The notes under the pieces are model-generated. The model had not been told where the DNA came from. It saw nothing but the letters and a program-made list of their open reading frames with translations, and searched no databases. Positions 29,374-38,037 of a stretch of 64,000 nucleotides of DNA are shown here, one piece after another. Numbering within the stretch: position 1 is the first letter of the stretch; each line of letters begins with the position of its first letter. The DNA lies in the NCBI GenBank assembly GCA_963844415.1, contig CAWJOA010000006.1:202500-266499 (forward strand), written 5' to 3'. This stretch comes from an uncultured Chloroflexia bacterium. GTDB lineage: Bacteria > Chloroflexota > Limnocylindria > QHBO01. The translations under genes were made by a program, and so were the position numbers.

Positions 29374-31005
29374 TCAGCCCGACGCTTCGGTTGCCGCGGG
29401 TTGCTTGCGGACCCGGCGGGCCTGCGGCCGGGCGCCGTTCGTGTGCGGATGCGGGTGCCGATGATTCGCGTCCTCGAGGTGCGGCAGCCCGCCCCGCGCG
29501 CGCTCGTGGAGGCGGTACACCTCCTCGAGGCCGTCGGATGGCACGGCGGCGGAGTAGACCTCGCAGAACACATCGACGACCTTCGGGTCGAACTGGGTCC
29601 CCGCATGCGTCCGGAGCTCCTCGAGGGCCTGTTCGTGGTCGAGCGCCGCGCTGTACGGCCGGTCGTGGACCATGGCGTGGTACGCATCGGCGACGGCGAC
29701 GATCCGGGCGCCGAGCGGGATCTCCGCTCCGCGCAGGCCGTGCGGGTAGCCGCCGCCGTTGAAGCGCTCGTGGTGGTGGAGGACGACCGGAATCGCCTCG
29801 CGCAGGCTCGAGGCCTGCTCGAGGATGACCTGGCCGATGCGCGGATGCTCACCGATCGTCTGCCACTCGGTGTCCGAGAGCGCCGACGGCTTGTCCAGGA
29901 TCGCTTCAGGGATCGCGATCTTGCCCAGGTCGTGGAGCAGCGACGCGATCCGGATGCGCTCGATCTCCTCGCGCGGCAGCCCCATCTCGAGGGCGATCCC
30001 CGTCGCCAGCGAGGCGATCATGTCCGACGGCCGGCCGCGGTGTTGCGGCTGCGGCGCCAGGACCGATGCGAGCGCCTGCGTGGCCGTGTCGCTGGCCCAC
30101 TGGCCGATGGCCGTAGCCTGGGCGCGGTGCTCGGCGGAGATCGGGGCGCGGTGGACCGGCGCCTCTTCGTCGAGCTCGCGGTACAGGTAGGTGCGGTTTC
30201 GGCCGAGCGACTTGGCCGCGTACATCGCCGCATCGGCGCGGTCGACGACCATGTCGAGCTGGAGCTCCGAGCCGCGCCCGCCGGCGATGCCGATGCTGAT
30301 CGTCGTCTTCAGCGTCTGGTTGCCGGCGATCGCGAACTGCTGGGCCTGGACGATCGCGCGCAGCTCCTCGGCCAGTGCGACCGCGTCCTCGGGCAGGGTC
30401 TCGGGGAGGATGAGCATGAACTCCTCGCCGCCGTAGCGGCCGAACGTGTCGCTGGCCCGCACCGAGCCGGCAAGGAGCCCGGCCACCTGGCGCAGGACGG
30501 CGTCCCCGGAGTTGTGGCCGAAGGAGTCGTTGATCGGCTTGAAGCGGTCGATGTCGATGAACGCCACGCTGAGTGGCTTGTAGTGGCGCGCGGCGCGGTC
30601 GACCTCGGCCGTGAGCGTAGCGAGCAGCGTCTCGCGGTTCGGGACGCCGGTGAGCCGGTCATGGGTGGCGCGGGCCTCGGTCTGGAGGAAGGCACCGGCG
30701 GCCGCGTTGAAGGCACGCGCCAGGCGCCGCTCCGCCGGGATGCCGATCACCTTGAGGTGTGTCGGCCGGTCGGTCTCGATCGTGTGCTCGAGCGCATTCG
30801 CGATGCGTGACAGCCGCCATCCAAAGTAGCTCCAGGCGATCAGCGCCATCGTCGTCATGCCGGCGCCGGCCGAGACCCCGAGCACGAGCACAAGCGTCGG
30901 TCTCTGGGATTGCGGGACGACGGCGGCCAGGCCGAGCGCGACGGCAACGAATGCGGCCAGCGCCAGCGGGGCAAGGAACCCGAGGGCACGGACGAAACTG
31001 AGCAT
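29374..31005 (-). CDS. Membrane diguanylate cyclase / HD-GYP phosphodiesterase hybrid
   Basis: Two N-terminal TM helices; D.LTG..NR, DIDRFK.IND.FGH, RASD I-site, GGEEF; LHDLGK and HHERFNGGGYP. Confidence 0.93.
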   Translation of the reverse strand: MLSFVRALGFLAPLALAAFVAVALGLAAVVPQSQRPTLVLVLGVSAGAGMTTMALIAWSYFGWRLSRIANALEHTIETDRPTHLKVIGIPAERRLARAFNAAAGAFLQTEARATHDRLTGVPNRETLLATLTAEVDRAARHYKPLSVAFIDIDRFKPINDSFGHNSGDAVLRQVAGLLAGSVRASDTFGRYGGEEFMLILPETLPEDAVALAEELRAIVQAQQFAIAGNQTLKTTISIGIAGGRGSELQLDMVVDRADAAMYAAKSLGRNRTYLYRELDEEAPVHRAPISAEHRAQATAIGQWASDTATQALASVLAPQPQHRGRPSDMIASLATGIALEMGLPREEIERIRIASLLHDLGKIAIPEAILDKPSALSDTEWQTIGEHPRIGQVILEQASSLREAIPVVLHHHERFNGGGYPHGLRGAEIPLGARIVAVADAYHAMVHDRPYSAALDHEQALEELRTHAGTQFDPKVVDVFCEVYSAAVPSDGLEEVYRLHERARGGLPHLEDANHRHPHPHTNGARPQARRVRKQPAATEASG

Positions 31006-31292
31006 TGCCCGGAGGATGAGGCGGCGGGTGCGGTTCGGCCATGGGCCGATCGTCCGGCGGTGCGCGGCGGCACAACGGCGATCGACGCTTTACGGCCATG
31101 GTGGGGAACGGTGCAGTACCGATGCGGTACGTCCGTTCGCCTGTCGCCGGCGAGCGGGCCGGGCGCCATCCGGTCGCTATGATGGCCGTGGATGGATGGC
31201 ACGCAGCGACCCGCCTGACGACTGACGTGCGAGCGCCCATCGAGCTGCCGCACCGATCGGGAGAGGCGCTACCCGTCTACCAGCCCGTATAT

Positions 31293-32723
31293 ATGGCGGG
31301 GGGCCCGCGCGAGGAGTGCGGCGTCGTCGGCATCTGGTGGCCCGGCGGCCAGTTGGCGCGCACAACCTTCGTCGGTCTCCACGCGCTCCAGCACCGCGGG
31401 CAGGAGTCGGCGGGCATCGCGGTCAGCGACGGATCGCGCCTCTCGCTCCACAAGCGCCTCGGCCTGGTCGGCAGCGTGTTCGACGAGGAGACCCTCCATC
31501 GCCTCGATGGCGGAGACGACCGAAGCGCGCAGCCGCAGGCGTCGATCGGTCACACCCGCTACAGCACGACCGGTTCGAACACCCTCCCCAACGTGCAGCC
31601 GGTCTATGTCGAGACCGATCGCGGCGAGCTCATGCTCGGCCACAACGGCAACCTGACGAACGCGCGCTGGCTGCGCGACGAGCTCGGTGAGCAGGGGGTC
31701 GAGTTCGCGTCCGCCTCCGACACCGAGGTCCTGGCGAAGCTCATCGCCCACGCGCCCGGGCGCACGTGGGCGCAGCGCGTCGACCACGCCTTCCATCGCG
31801 CCACCGGGGCCTACACGTTCACGATGCTCACCGCCGACGCGATGGTCGCCGCGCGCGACCCGGTCGGCTTCCGGCCGCTCGCCCTCGGACGGCTGCCGGG
31901 CGGCGGGTGGGCGGTGGCGTCGGAGAGCGCGGCACTCGACGCGATGGGCGCCCAGTTCGTGCGTGACGTCGAGGCCGGCGAGGTCATCACGATCACCGCC
32001 GACGGGGTCGACACGTTCCGCTCCACGAAGGCCGCTCCGGACCGCGAGCGGCTGTGCGTCTTCGAGTTCGTCTACCTTGCGCGGCCGGACTCGGTGATCG
32101 ACGGACGCCTGCTGTACGAGGCGCGGCTCGAGATGGGCCGCGCGTTGGCCCGCGAGCATCCGGCCGAGGCGGACCTCGTCATCGCGGTGCCGGACTCGGC
32201 GATCCCGGCCGCCATCGGCTACGCGGAGGAGGCGGGCCTGCCGTACCGCGAGGGCCTGATCAAGTCGCGCTACGTCGGTCGGACCTTCATCCAGCCGGCA
32301 CAGGCCGGCCGCGAGGAGGCGGTGCGCCTGAAGTTCAACCCGCTGCCCGAGCTGCTGCGGGGCAAGCGCGTGGTCGTCGTCGACGACTCGATCGTGCGCG
32401 GCACGACGACCGGCCCGATCGTCGCCATGCTGCGTCGCGCCGGCGCGGCCGAGGTGCACGTCCGCATCCACTCGCCCGAGATGCGGCACCCGTGCTACAT
32501 GGGCGTCGACACCGGACGGCGCGGCGAGCTGATCGCGTCGACGCACGCGACCGACGAGATCCGCCAGGTGATCGGCGCAGACTCGCTGGGCTTCCTGTCG
32601 AGGGAGGGGCTGCTCACCGCGGTCGGCGGACGGACCGATGCGCGCTGCACCGCCTGCTTCGACGGCATCTACCCGACCGACGTGCCCCTCGAGCTCGACA
32701 AGCTTGCGATGGAGCGCCGCTGA
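31293..32723 (+). CDS. purF: Amidophosphoribosyltransferase (Fe-S type)
   Basis: EECGVVG, LQHRGQES, GHTRYST, HNGN, CVFEFVY.ARPDS, VDDSIVRG, PCYMG and CTACF. Start could be further upstream (GTG 31188). Confidence 0.97.
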   Translation: MAGGPREECGVVGIWWPGGQLARTTFVGLHALQHRGQESAGIAVSDGSRLSLHKRLGLVGSVFDEETLHRLDGGDDRSAQPQASIGHTRYSTTGSNTLPNVQPVYVETDRGELMLGHNGNLTNARWLRDELGEQGVEFASASDTEVLAKLIAHAPGRTWAQRVDHAFHRATGAYTFTMLTADAMVAARDPVGFRPLALGRLPGGGWAVASESAALDAMGAQFVRDVEAGEVITITADGVDTFRSTKAAPDRERLCVFEFVYLARPDSVIDGRLLYEARLEMGRALAREHPAEADLVIAVPDSAIPAAIGYAEEAGLPYREGLIKSRYVGRTFIQPAQAGREEAVRLKFNPLPELLRGKRVVVVDDSIVRGTTTGPIVAMLRRAGAAEVHVRIHSPEMRHPCYMGVDTGRRGELIASTHATDEIRQVIGADSLGFLSREGLLTAVGGRTDARCTACFDGIYPTDVPLELDKLAMERR

Positions 32724-32728
32724 CACCG

Positions 32729-33760
32729 ATGGCCCGCACGTACCGCGAGGCGGGCGTCGATCGCGAGGAGGCCGAGCGCGCCGTCTCGCGCATCGCCGAC
32801 GCGGCGGCCGCAACGTCCACACCCGCCGTCCTCGGCGGCGTGGGCGGCTTCGGGGCGCTCTTCCGCTTCGACCCGTCGACCCATCCCGATCCGATCCTCG
32901 TCAGCAGCACCGACGGCGTCGGCACGAAGCTCAAGGTCGCGCTGGCGCTCGGGCGGCACGACACGATCGGCATCGACCTCGTCAACGCCTGCGTCAACGA
33001 CATCGTCGTCACCGGCGCCGACCCACTCTTCTTCCTCGACTACCTCGCCCTCGGCAACCTGCGGGCGGAGACCGTCGAGGAGATCGTCGGCGGCGTGGCG
33101 GCCGGCTGCATCGCGGCAGGCATTCCGCTCGTCGGCGGCGAGACGGCGCAGATGCCCGACCTCTACCGCGGCGACGACTACGACCTCGCCGGCTTCGTCG
33201 TCGGGGTCGTGGCACGTGCCGATCTCGTCGACGGCTCGGCGGTGCGTGCCGGCGACGTGCTCATCGGCCTCCCCTCGTCCGGCCTGCACACGAACGGCTA
33301 CACCCTGGCGCGCCGCGTCCTGCCCGAGGCGATCTGGGGCGAGCCGATGCCCGACGGGTCGCGCACGATCGGCGAGGCGCTCCTCGAGCCGCATCGGTCC
33401 TACCTCGACGAGGTGCGCATCCTGCGCCGCGCGCTGCGCGATGCACGCTCCGACGTCCGGGCGCTTGCGCATCTCACCGGCGGCGGTTGGGAGGGGAACG
33501 TGCCGCGCACCCTTCCCGACAGGCTCGGGGTCGTCGTCGAGACCGGGTCGTGGCCGGTGCCGGCGATCTTCAGCCTCATCCAGAAGCGCGGCGACATCGC
33601 CGACGACGAGATGGTCCGGACCTTCAACGTCGGGATCGGCATGACCGCGGTCGTGCCGGCCGACGCGGTCGAGGCTGCGCTGGCCGCGCTGCCGGAGGCG
33701 TGCCACATCGGTCGCGTGGTGGAGGTCCCGGCGGGCGAGGCTCGCGTCCGCTTCACTTGA
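32729..33760 (+). CDS. purM: AIR synthase
   Basis: Y..AGVD, GGFG.LF, TDGVGTK, FFLDY, GGETAQMP, SSGLHTNG, H.TGGG and TFN.GIG motifs. Confidence 0.97.
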   Translation: MARTYREAGVDREEAERAVSRIADAAAATSTPAVLGGVGGFGALFRFDPSTHPDPILVSSTDGVGTKLKVALALGRHDTIGIDLVNACVNDIVVTGADPLFFLDYLALGNLRAETVEEIVGGVAAGCIAAGIPLVGGETAQMPDLYRGDDYDLAGFVVGVVARADLVDGSAVRAGDVLIGLPSSGLHTNGYTLARRVLPEAIWGEPMPDGSRTIGEALLEPHRSYLDEVRILRRALRDARSDVRALAHLTGGGWEGNVPRTLPDRLGVVVETGSWPVPAIFSLIQKRGDIADDEMVRTFNVGIGMTAVVPADAVEAALAALPEACHIGRVVEVPAGEARVRFT

Positions 33761-33761
33761 G

Positions 33762-34343
33762 GTGAGGCTTGGTGTGCTCGTCTCCGGGCGGGGCTCGAAC
33801 CTGGAGGCGATCCTCGATGCCGGGCTGGACGTGGCGCTGGTGGTCAGCAACCGGTCCGGGGTGCGCGCGCTCGAGGTGGCCGCCGCGCACGGCGTTCCGG
33901 TCCGCGTCCTGCCGCGGGCCGACTTCGATGGCGCATCGGCCCGGGACGCCGCCATCGGCGCGGCGCTCGCCACAGCCGGCGTCGAGGTCGCCGTGCTGGC
34001 CGGCTGGGACCAGCTGCTGCGGGCGCCGTACTTCGCGGCCTTCGATGGGCGAACGATCAACATCCACCCGAGCCTGCTGCCCGCGCATGGCGGAGCCGGG
34101 ATGGTCGGGCTGGAGGTGCATCGCTCCGTCCTGCGCAGCGGCGCGACGGAGACCGGGGCGACCGTGCACGAGGTCACGGCCGAGCTCGACGCGGGACCGA
34201 TCCTCGCGCAGGCTCGCGTGCCGGTGCGGCCCGACGACGACGCCGAGACCCTCGCCGCGCGCGTGCTGGTCGAGGAGCATCGGCTGCTGGTGGCGACGCT
34301 GCATCAGCTCGGTGAGGGGCCTCCGAGGCATGAGCCGTGCTAG
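33762..34343 (+). CDS. purN: GAR transformylase
   Basis: SGRGSNL.A, LAG, NIHPSLLP, TGATVH.V...LD.GPI and EHRL motifs. Confidence 0.95.
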   Translation: MRLGVLVSGRGSNLEAILDAGLDVALVVSNRSGVRALEVAAAHGVPVRVLPRADFDGASARDAAIGAALATAGVEVAVLAGWDQLLRAPYFAAFDGRTINIHPSLLPAHGGAGMVGLEVHRSVLRSGATETGATVHEVTAELDAGPILAQARVPVRPDDDAETLAARVLVEEHRLLVATLHQLGEGPPRHEPC

Positions 34344-34400
34344 CATTCCCGATGGCGCCGGGCGCGGCGTACATCTGCAACAGAGGCCGTTACCCCCCGA

Positions 34401-35000
34401 ATGGAAGCCATCCTCGAACCGATCGGCGAGTTCTGGCAGGGGTTCATCTCGAACCCGATCGTCGTCGCCGTCGTTCAGCTCAGCATCATCTACGTCGTCC
34501 TGCTGTGGCTCGGCACCAGCTACTGGGCCTTCCGGGACATGCAGGCTCGGACCGAGAACCCGATCCTCCCGTACTTCGCCGCGGCGCTGATCATCTTCTT
34601 CACGCCGCTCCTCTTCATCTTCGCCGTGATCCTCTACCTCATCGTCCGGCCGCGCGAGACGCTGGCCGAGGTCTACGAGCGGTCGCTGGCGGAGGAGAGC
34701 CTCCTGGCCGAGGTCGAGAAGAACGAGCTGTGCCCGGTCTGCCGCGACCGCGTCGACAGCGATTGGCTCGTCTGCCCGAACTGCCGCACGCGGCTGCACC
34801 GGGTCTGCCCGTCGTGCAACCGCCTGGCCGATCCGACCTGGCCGCTGTGCGCCTACTGCGGCCGCGAGTTCGAGCGACCTGCCCGCGCCGCGGCGCGCGC
34901 GCATGACCCGGAGCCTGTCGAGGAGCAGATCGGCACGGTCGAGACGCCGCTCGAAGGATCGGCCGAGCGCGCCCGCCTGCGCGAGGTGACGAACACCTGA
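34401..35000 (+). CDS. Membrane protein with double zinc ribbon
   Basis: TM helices, W...D...R, YLIVRP.ETL.E.YER.L.EE, then four CxxC pairs. Confidence 0.88.
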   Translation: MEAILEPIGEFWQGFISNPIVVAVVQLSIIYVVLLWLGTSYWAFRDMQARTENPILPYFAAALIIFFTPLLFIFAVILYLIVRPRETLAEVYERSLAEESLLAEVEKNELCPVCRDRVDSDWLVCPNCRTRLHRVCPSCNRLADPTWPLCAYCGREFERPARAAARAHDPEPVEEQIGTVETPLEGSAERARLREVTNT

Positions 35001-36022
35001 CCGCGCCGCCGGCCGGGCCTGCCGGCCCGGAAGAACCCGGCGAGCTCCAACGGGGGCCCCACGCCACCCTGGGTCCGCAGTCGGCGCGCCCGCCCGCCTG
35101 GCCTGGTCTGCTGCTGATCGTCGGCGGCGGCGTGGTCGCCATCGCGGCGCTCGTCGCGGCCGAGCTGAGCCGCCCCGAGGAGATCGGCGTGGACCTTGCC
35201 GTGCTCGGCATCGCCCTGCTCGTCGGGGCGCTCGCGTTCGTCATCGGGCTCGTCTACACCGCCATCCGGCAGCTTCGCGTCCGAAGCGTCCTGCCGCCGG
35301 AGCGGTACCGCGGGCCATCGGTCTTCGTCCTGCTCGCGCTCGCGCTCGCCGTCGGGACGGTGCTGAGCGCACCGTTCACCGATGACGCGTTGGCACTCAC
35401 GAGCGGTGAGGGCGAGCTGAGCCTGCTGGGCTCGGCCGTCCTCCTCGTCTCGGCGCAGGCGGGGCTGCTCATCGTCGGCTACCTGCTCGTGTATCGACCT
35501 CGAGCGCTCGCTGCGCTGCCGAGGCTCCCCGGTCGGGATCCCCGCGGCGCCGTGCTTGCCGGTCTCGGCTATGGCGTCCTCGCCTGGCTGGGCTCGTCGA
35601 TCGTGCTCGTGCTGGTGACCGCGCTTCTGACTGCCATCGGCCAGCCGCCTCCGGTCGGTCCCGCCGAGCAGGCGATCGCGATGCTCGATCCGTGGCTCGT
35701 CGTGATCGCGATCGCGATCTTCGCGCCGATCGCCGAGGAGCTCTTCTTCCGCGGCATCGTCTTCAACGCCTGGCTGCGCGAGTCGGGTCGGGTGCCGGCA
35801 TATGTCGGCTCGGCCGCGCTCTTCGCGGTCATCCATCTCTCGCTCGCCTCGTTCCTGCCGATCTTCCTGCTCGGCATCGCCCTGGCGTGGGTCTACGAGC
35901 GCACGGGCAACCTGCTTGCGCCGATCGTCATGCACGCCACGGTCAACGGCATCAGCGTTGCCGCGGCGCTCATGCTCCGCTTCGGGGCGTTCGACATCCC
36001 GGTCTCGGTAATCGGCTGGTAA
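34997..36022 (+). CDS. CPBP (CAAX/Abi) intramembrane glutamic endopeptidase
   Basis: APIAEELFFRG, FAVIH and H...N motifs. Start uncertain: CTG 34997 after GAGGTG, or GTG 35132. Confidence 0.88.
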   Translation: MTAPPAGPAGPEEPGELQRGPHATLGPQSARPPAWPGLLLIVGGGVVAIAALVAAELSRPEEIGVDLAVLGIALLVGALAFVIGLVYTAIRQLRVRSVLPPERYRGPSVFVLLALALAVGTVLSAPFTDDALALTSGEGELSLLGSAVLLVSAQAGLLIVGYLLVYRPRALAALPRLPGRDPRGAVLAGLGYGVLAWLGSSIVLVLVTALLTAIGQPPPVGPAEQAIAMLDPWLVVIAIAIFAPIAEELFFRGIVFNAWLRESGRVPAYVGSAALFAVIHLSLASFLPIFLLGIALAWVYERTGNLLAPIVMHATVNGISVAAALMLRFGAFDIPVSVIGW

Positions 36023-36058
36023 GCGGCCGCAAATCGGGTCTGGCTATCGTCGTGACCG

Positions 36059-36769
36059 ATGACGACGCAGCCGATCCACCTTCCCGTCGAGCGCAGAGCC
36101 CGGTCCACGCCCGCGGTGATCAGCCGCATCGAGCGCCTGGGTCCGGATGCCTGCGACGACGAGGAGCTCCTCGCGCTGGTGCTCGGCGGCGGCGACCGTG
36201 CGCGGCGGCTCGGCCGGCGCCTCATCGATCGGTTCGGTGGCCTCGGCGAAGTTGCCCGCGCTCACCCCGCGGAGCTGCGCCTCGCCGGCGTCCCCCCGTC
36301 GGCCGCGCCACGGCTGACGGCCGTTGTCGAGATCGGCTCACGACTGGCGCGCCGGTGGCCGTCGGACCCGTGGCTCATCCGCACCCCGACCGACGTCGCC
36401 GAGCCGCTTGTCGACGCCATGGGAGCGCTCGAGCGTGAGGAGCTGCGGGTCATGCTGCTCGACACGAAGAACGTCGTCACCGTGCAGCGCACCGTCTACC
36501 GCGGCAACCTGGCCGGGTCGTCGGTTCGCATCGGCGAGGTCTTCCGAGACGCCGTGCGGGCCTGTGCGGCGGCGATCATCGTGGCGCACAACCACCCGAG
36601 CGGGGACCCGGCGCCGTCGGGCGAGGACCTGCGCATCACCGCCGAGCTGGCCGACGCCGGGCGCCTGCTGGATATCGAGCTGCTCGACCACCTGATCATC
36701 GGGCGCGGCCGCTGGAGCAGCCTGCGGGCGCTCGGCGCGCTCGGTCAGTCGCCGGCCACGATCCGGTAG
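36059..36769 (+). CDS. radC: RadC-family JAB domain protein
   Basis: ELLAL.L, E...V.LLD.KN, G.L, EVFR.A, HNHPSGDP.PS.ED and LLDHLIIG motifs. Confidence 0.93.
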   Translation: MTTQPIHLPVERRARSTPAVISRIERLGPDACDDEELLALVLGGGDRARRLGRRLIDRFGGLGEVARAHPAELRLAGVPPSAAPRLTAVVEIGSRLARRWPSDPWLIRTPTDVAEPLVDAMGALEREELRVMLLDTKNVVTVQRTVYRGNLAGSSVRIGEVFRDAVRACAAAIIVAHNHPSGDPAPSGEDLRITAELADAGRLLDIELLDHLIIGRGRWSSLRALGALGQSPATIR

Positions 36770-37995
36770 ATCGAGCCGCCGGCGAGATCGGCCACGTACA
36801 GCTCGCCGTGGGGACCCTCGCCGAAGGTGCTGACGTTGAGGCCCGTCTCGAGCAAGGTACGCGGGCCGATCACGCCATCGGCATCGGAAGGAACGCCGAA
36901 AAGGATGCCCGAGCAGTAGTCGCTGAACAGGTACCAGCCGTGCAGGTCGGGAATCGCCTCGCCGCGGTAGACGTAGCCGCCCGTCACCGAGCATCCGAGG
37001 TCGCGCCCGTACTCGGCGACCGGCAGGATCAAACCCTCGGTCGCGCAGCTCGGCTCGGAGAAGCACTGCGAGGCCTCCATGACGTTCCAGCCGAGGTTGG
37101 CGCCGGCGTCGGCGACCGGGTCGACGCGGTCGATCTCCTCGGCGGCGTTCTGGCCGACGTCGCCGATCCACAGCAGCCCGGTGGCGCGATCGAAGCTGAA
37201 CCGCCACGGGTTCCGCAGGCCGATGATGAGGGCCTCTGGCGCGCCGCCGCCATCGGCGAAGGGGTTGCCGGGCGGGATGGCGTACGGGTCGCCTTCGACG
37301 TCGATGCGCAGCACCTTGCCGAGCAGTGCGTTCGGGTTCTGCCCGTTGCCGTGCGGGTCGCCGCGCGCACCACCGTCGCCGAGGCCGAGGTAGAGGTAGC
37401 CGTCCGGGCCGAAGGCGAGCTGCCCGCCGTTGTGGTTGGCATACGGCTGGTCGACCGTCAGCAGCACGCGCTCGGTGGTCGGGTCGAGTCGTGGCGGCAG
37501 TGGCTCGTCGGTGACGCGAAACTCGGAGAGCACGGTGTCGCCGTCGCCCTCGCGGGCCGAGTAGTGGACGTAGGCCCGCGCGTCCTCCGGCCAATCGGGA
37601 TGCAGCGCCAGCCCGAGCAGCCCCTGCTCGCCGCCGCCGAGGACGCGGTCGCTGATGTCCAGCGAGACCTCGGTCGCGCCGCTGTCCGGATCCACGGCGA
37701 TCACGCGGCCGGCCCGTTCGTTGACGAGCAGCCAGCCATCGGGCGTGGCGGTGACGTTGATCGGGGCGGCGAGGCCGCTCGCGACCTCCTCCAGGGCGAG
37801 GGCCGGCGGGTCGTCGGCGATCGGCGCCTCGGTCGGTGTCTCCGTCGCCGCAACCGTCGGCTCCGGGGACGCGGTCTCCGAGGCCGGCGCAGACTCGGCC
37901 GGTGCGATCGTGCCGGACGGGGCGGCAGTTGACGACGCCGTCGAGCAGGCGGCCATCAGGAGGATGCTGAGCAGCAGCGGGCGGACGGCCTTCAT
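36745..37995 (-). CDS. PQQ-dependent sugar dehydrogenase family lipoprotein
   Basis: Lipobox-like LMAAC; GEQGLLG.A.HP, NHNGG.L.FGPDG.LY...GDGG, GLRNPWRFSFD, GWN..E and SVTGGYVYRG motifs. Confidence 0.92.
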   Translation of the reverse strand: MKAVRPLLLSILLMAACSTASSTAAPSGTIAPAESAPASETASPEPTVAATETPTEAPIADDPPALALEEVASGLAAPINVTATPDGWLLVNERAGRVIAVDPDSGATEVSLDISDRVLGGGEQGLLGLALHPDWPEDARAYVHYSAREGDGDTVLSEFRVTDEPLPPRLDPTTERVLLTVDQPYANHNGGQLAFGPDGYLYLGLGDGGARGDPHGNGQNPNALLGKVLRIDVEGDPYAIPPGNPFADGGGAPEALIIGLRNPWRFSFDRATGLLWIGDVGQNAAEEIDRVDPVADAGANLGWNVMEASQCFSEPSCATEGLILPVAEYGRDLGCSVTGGYVYRGEAIPDLHGWYLFSDYCSGILFGVPSDADGVIGPRTLLETGLNVSTFGEGPHGELYVADLAGGSIYRIVAGD

Positions 37996-38037
37996 TCGGT
38001 TGCATGGTGGCCGATCGGGTAGGGTTGCGCCACACCC

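Noticed and set aside
34341-34906. Alternative ORF starting at ATG 34352 after TAGCAT
   Set aside because: Arg-rich shadow frame; the conserved zinc-ribbon protein is in the 34401 frame.
36059-36769. radC as a marker of a mobile element
   Set aside because: Long chromosomal-type form with an N-terminal region; no mobility genes or composition shift around it.
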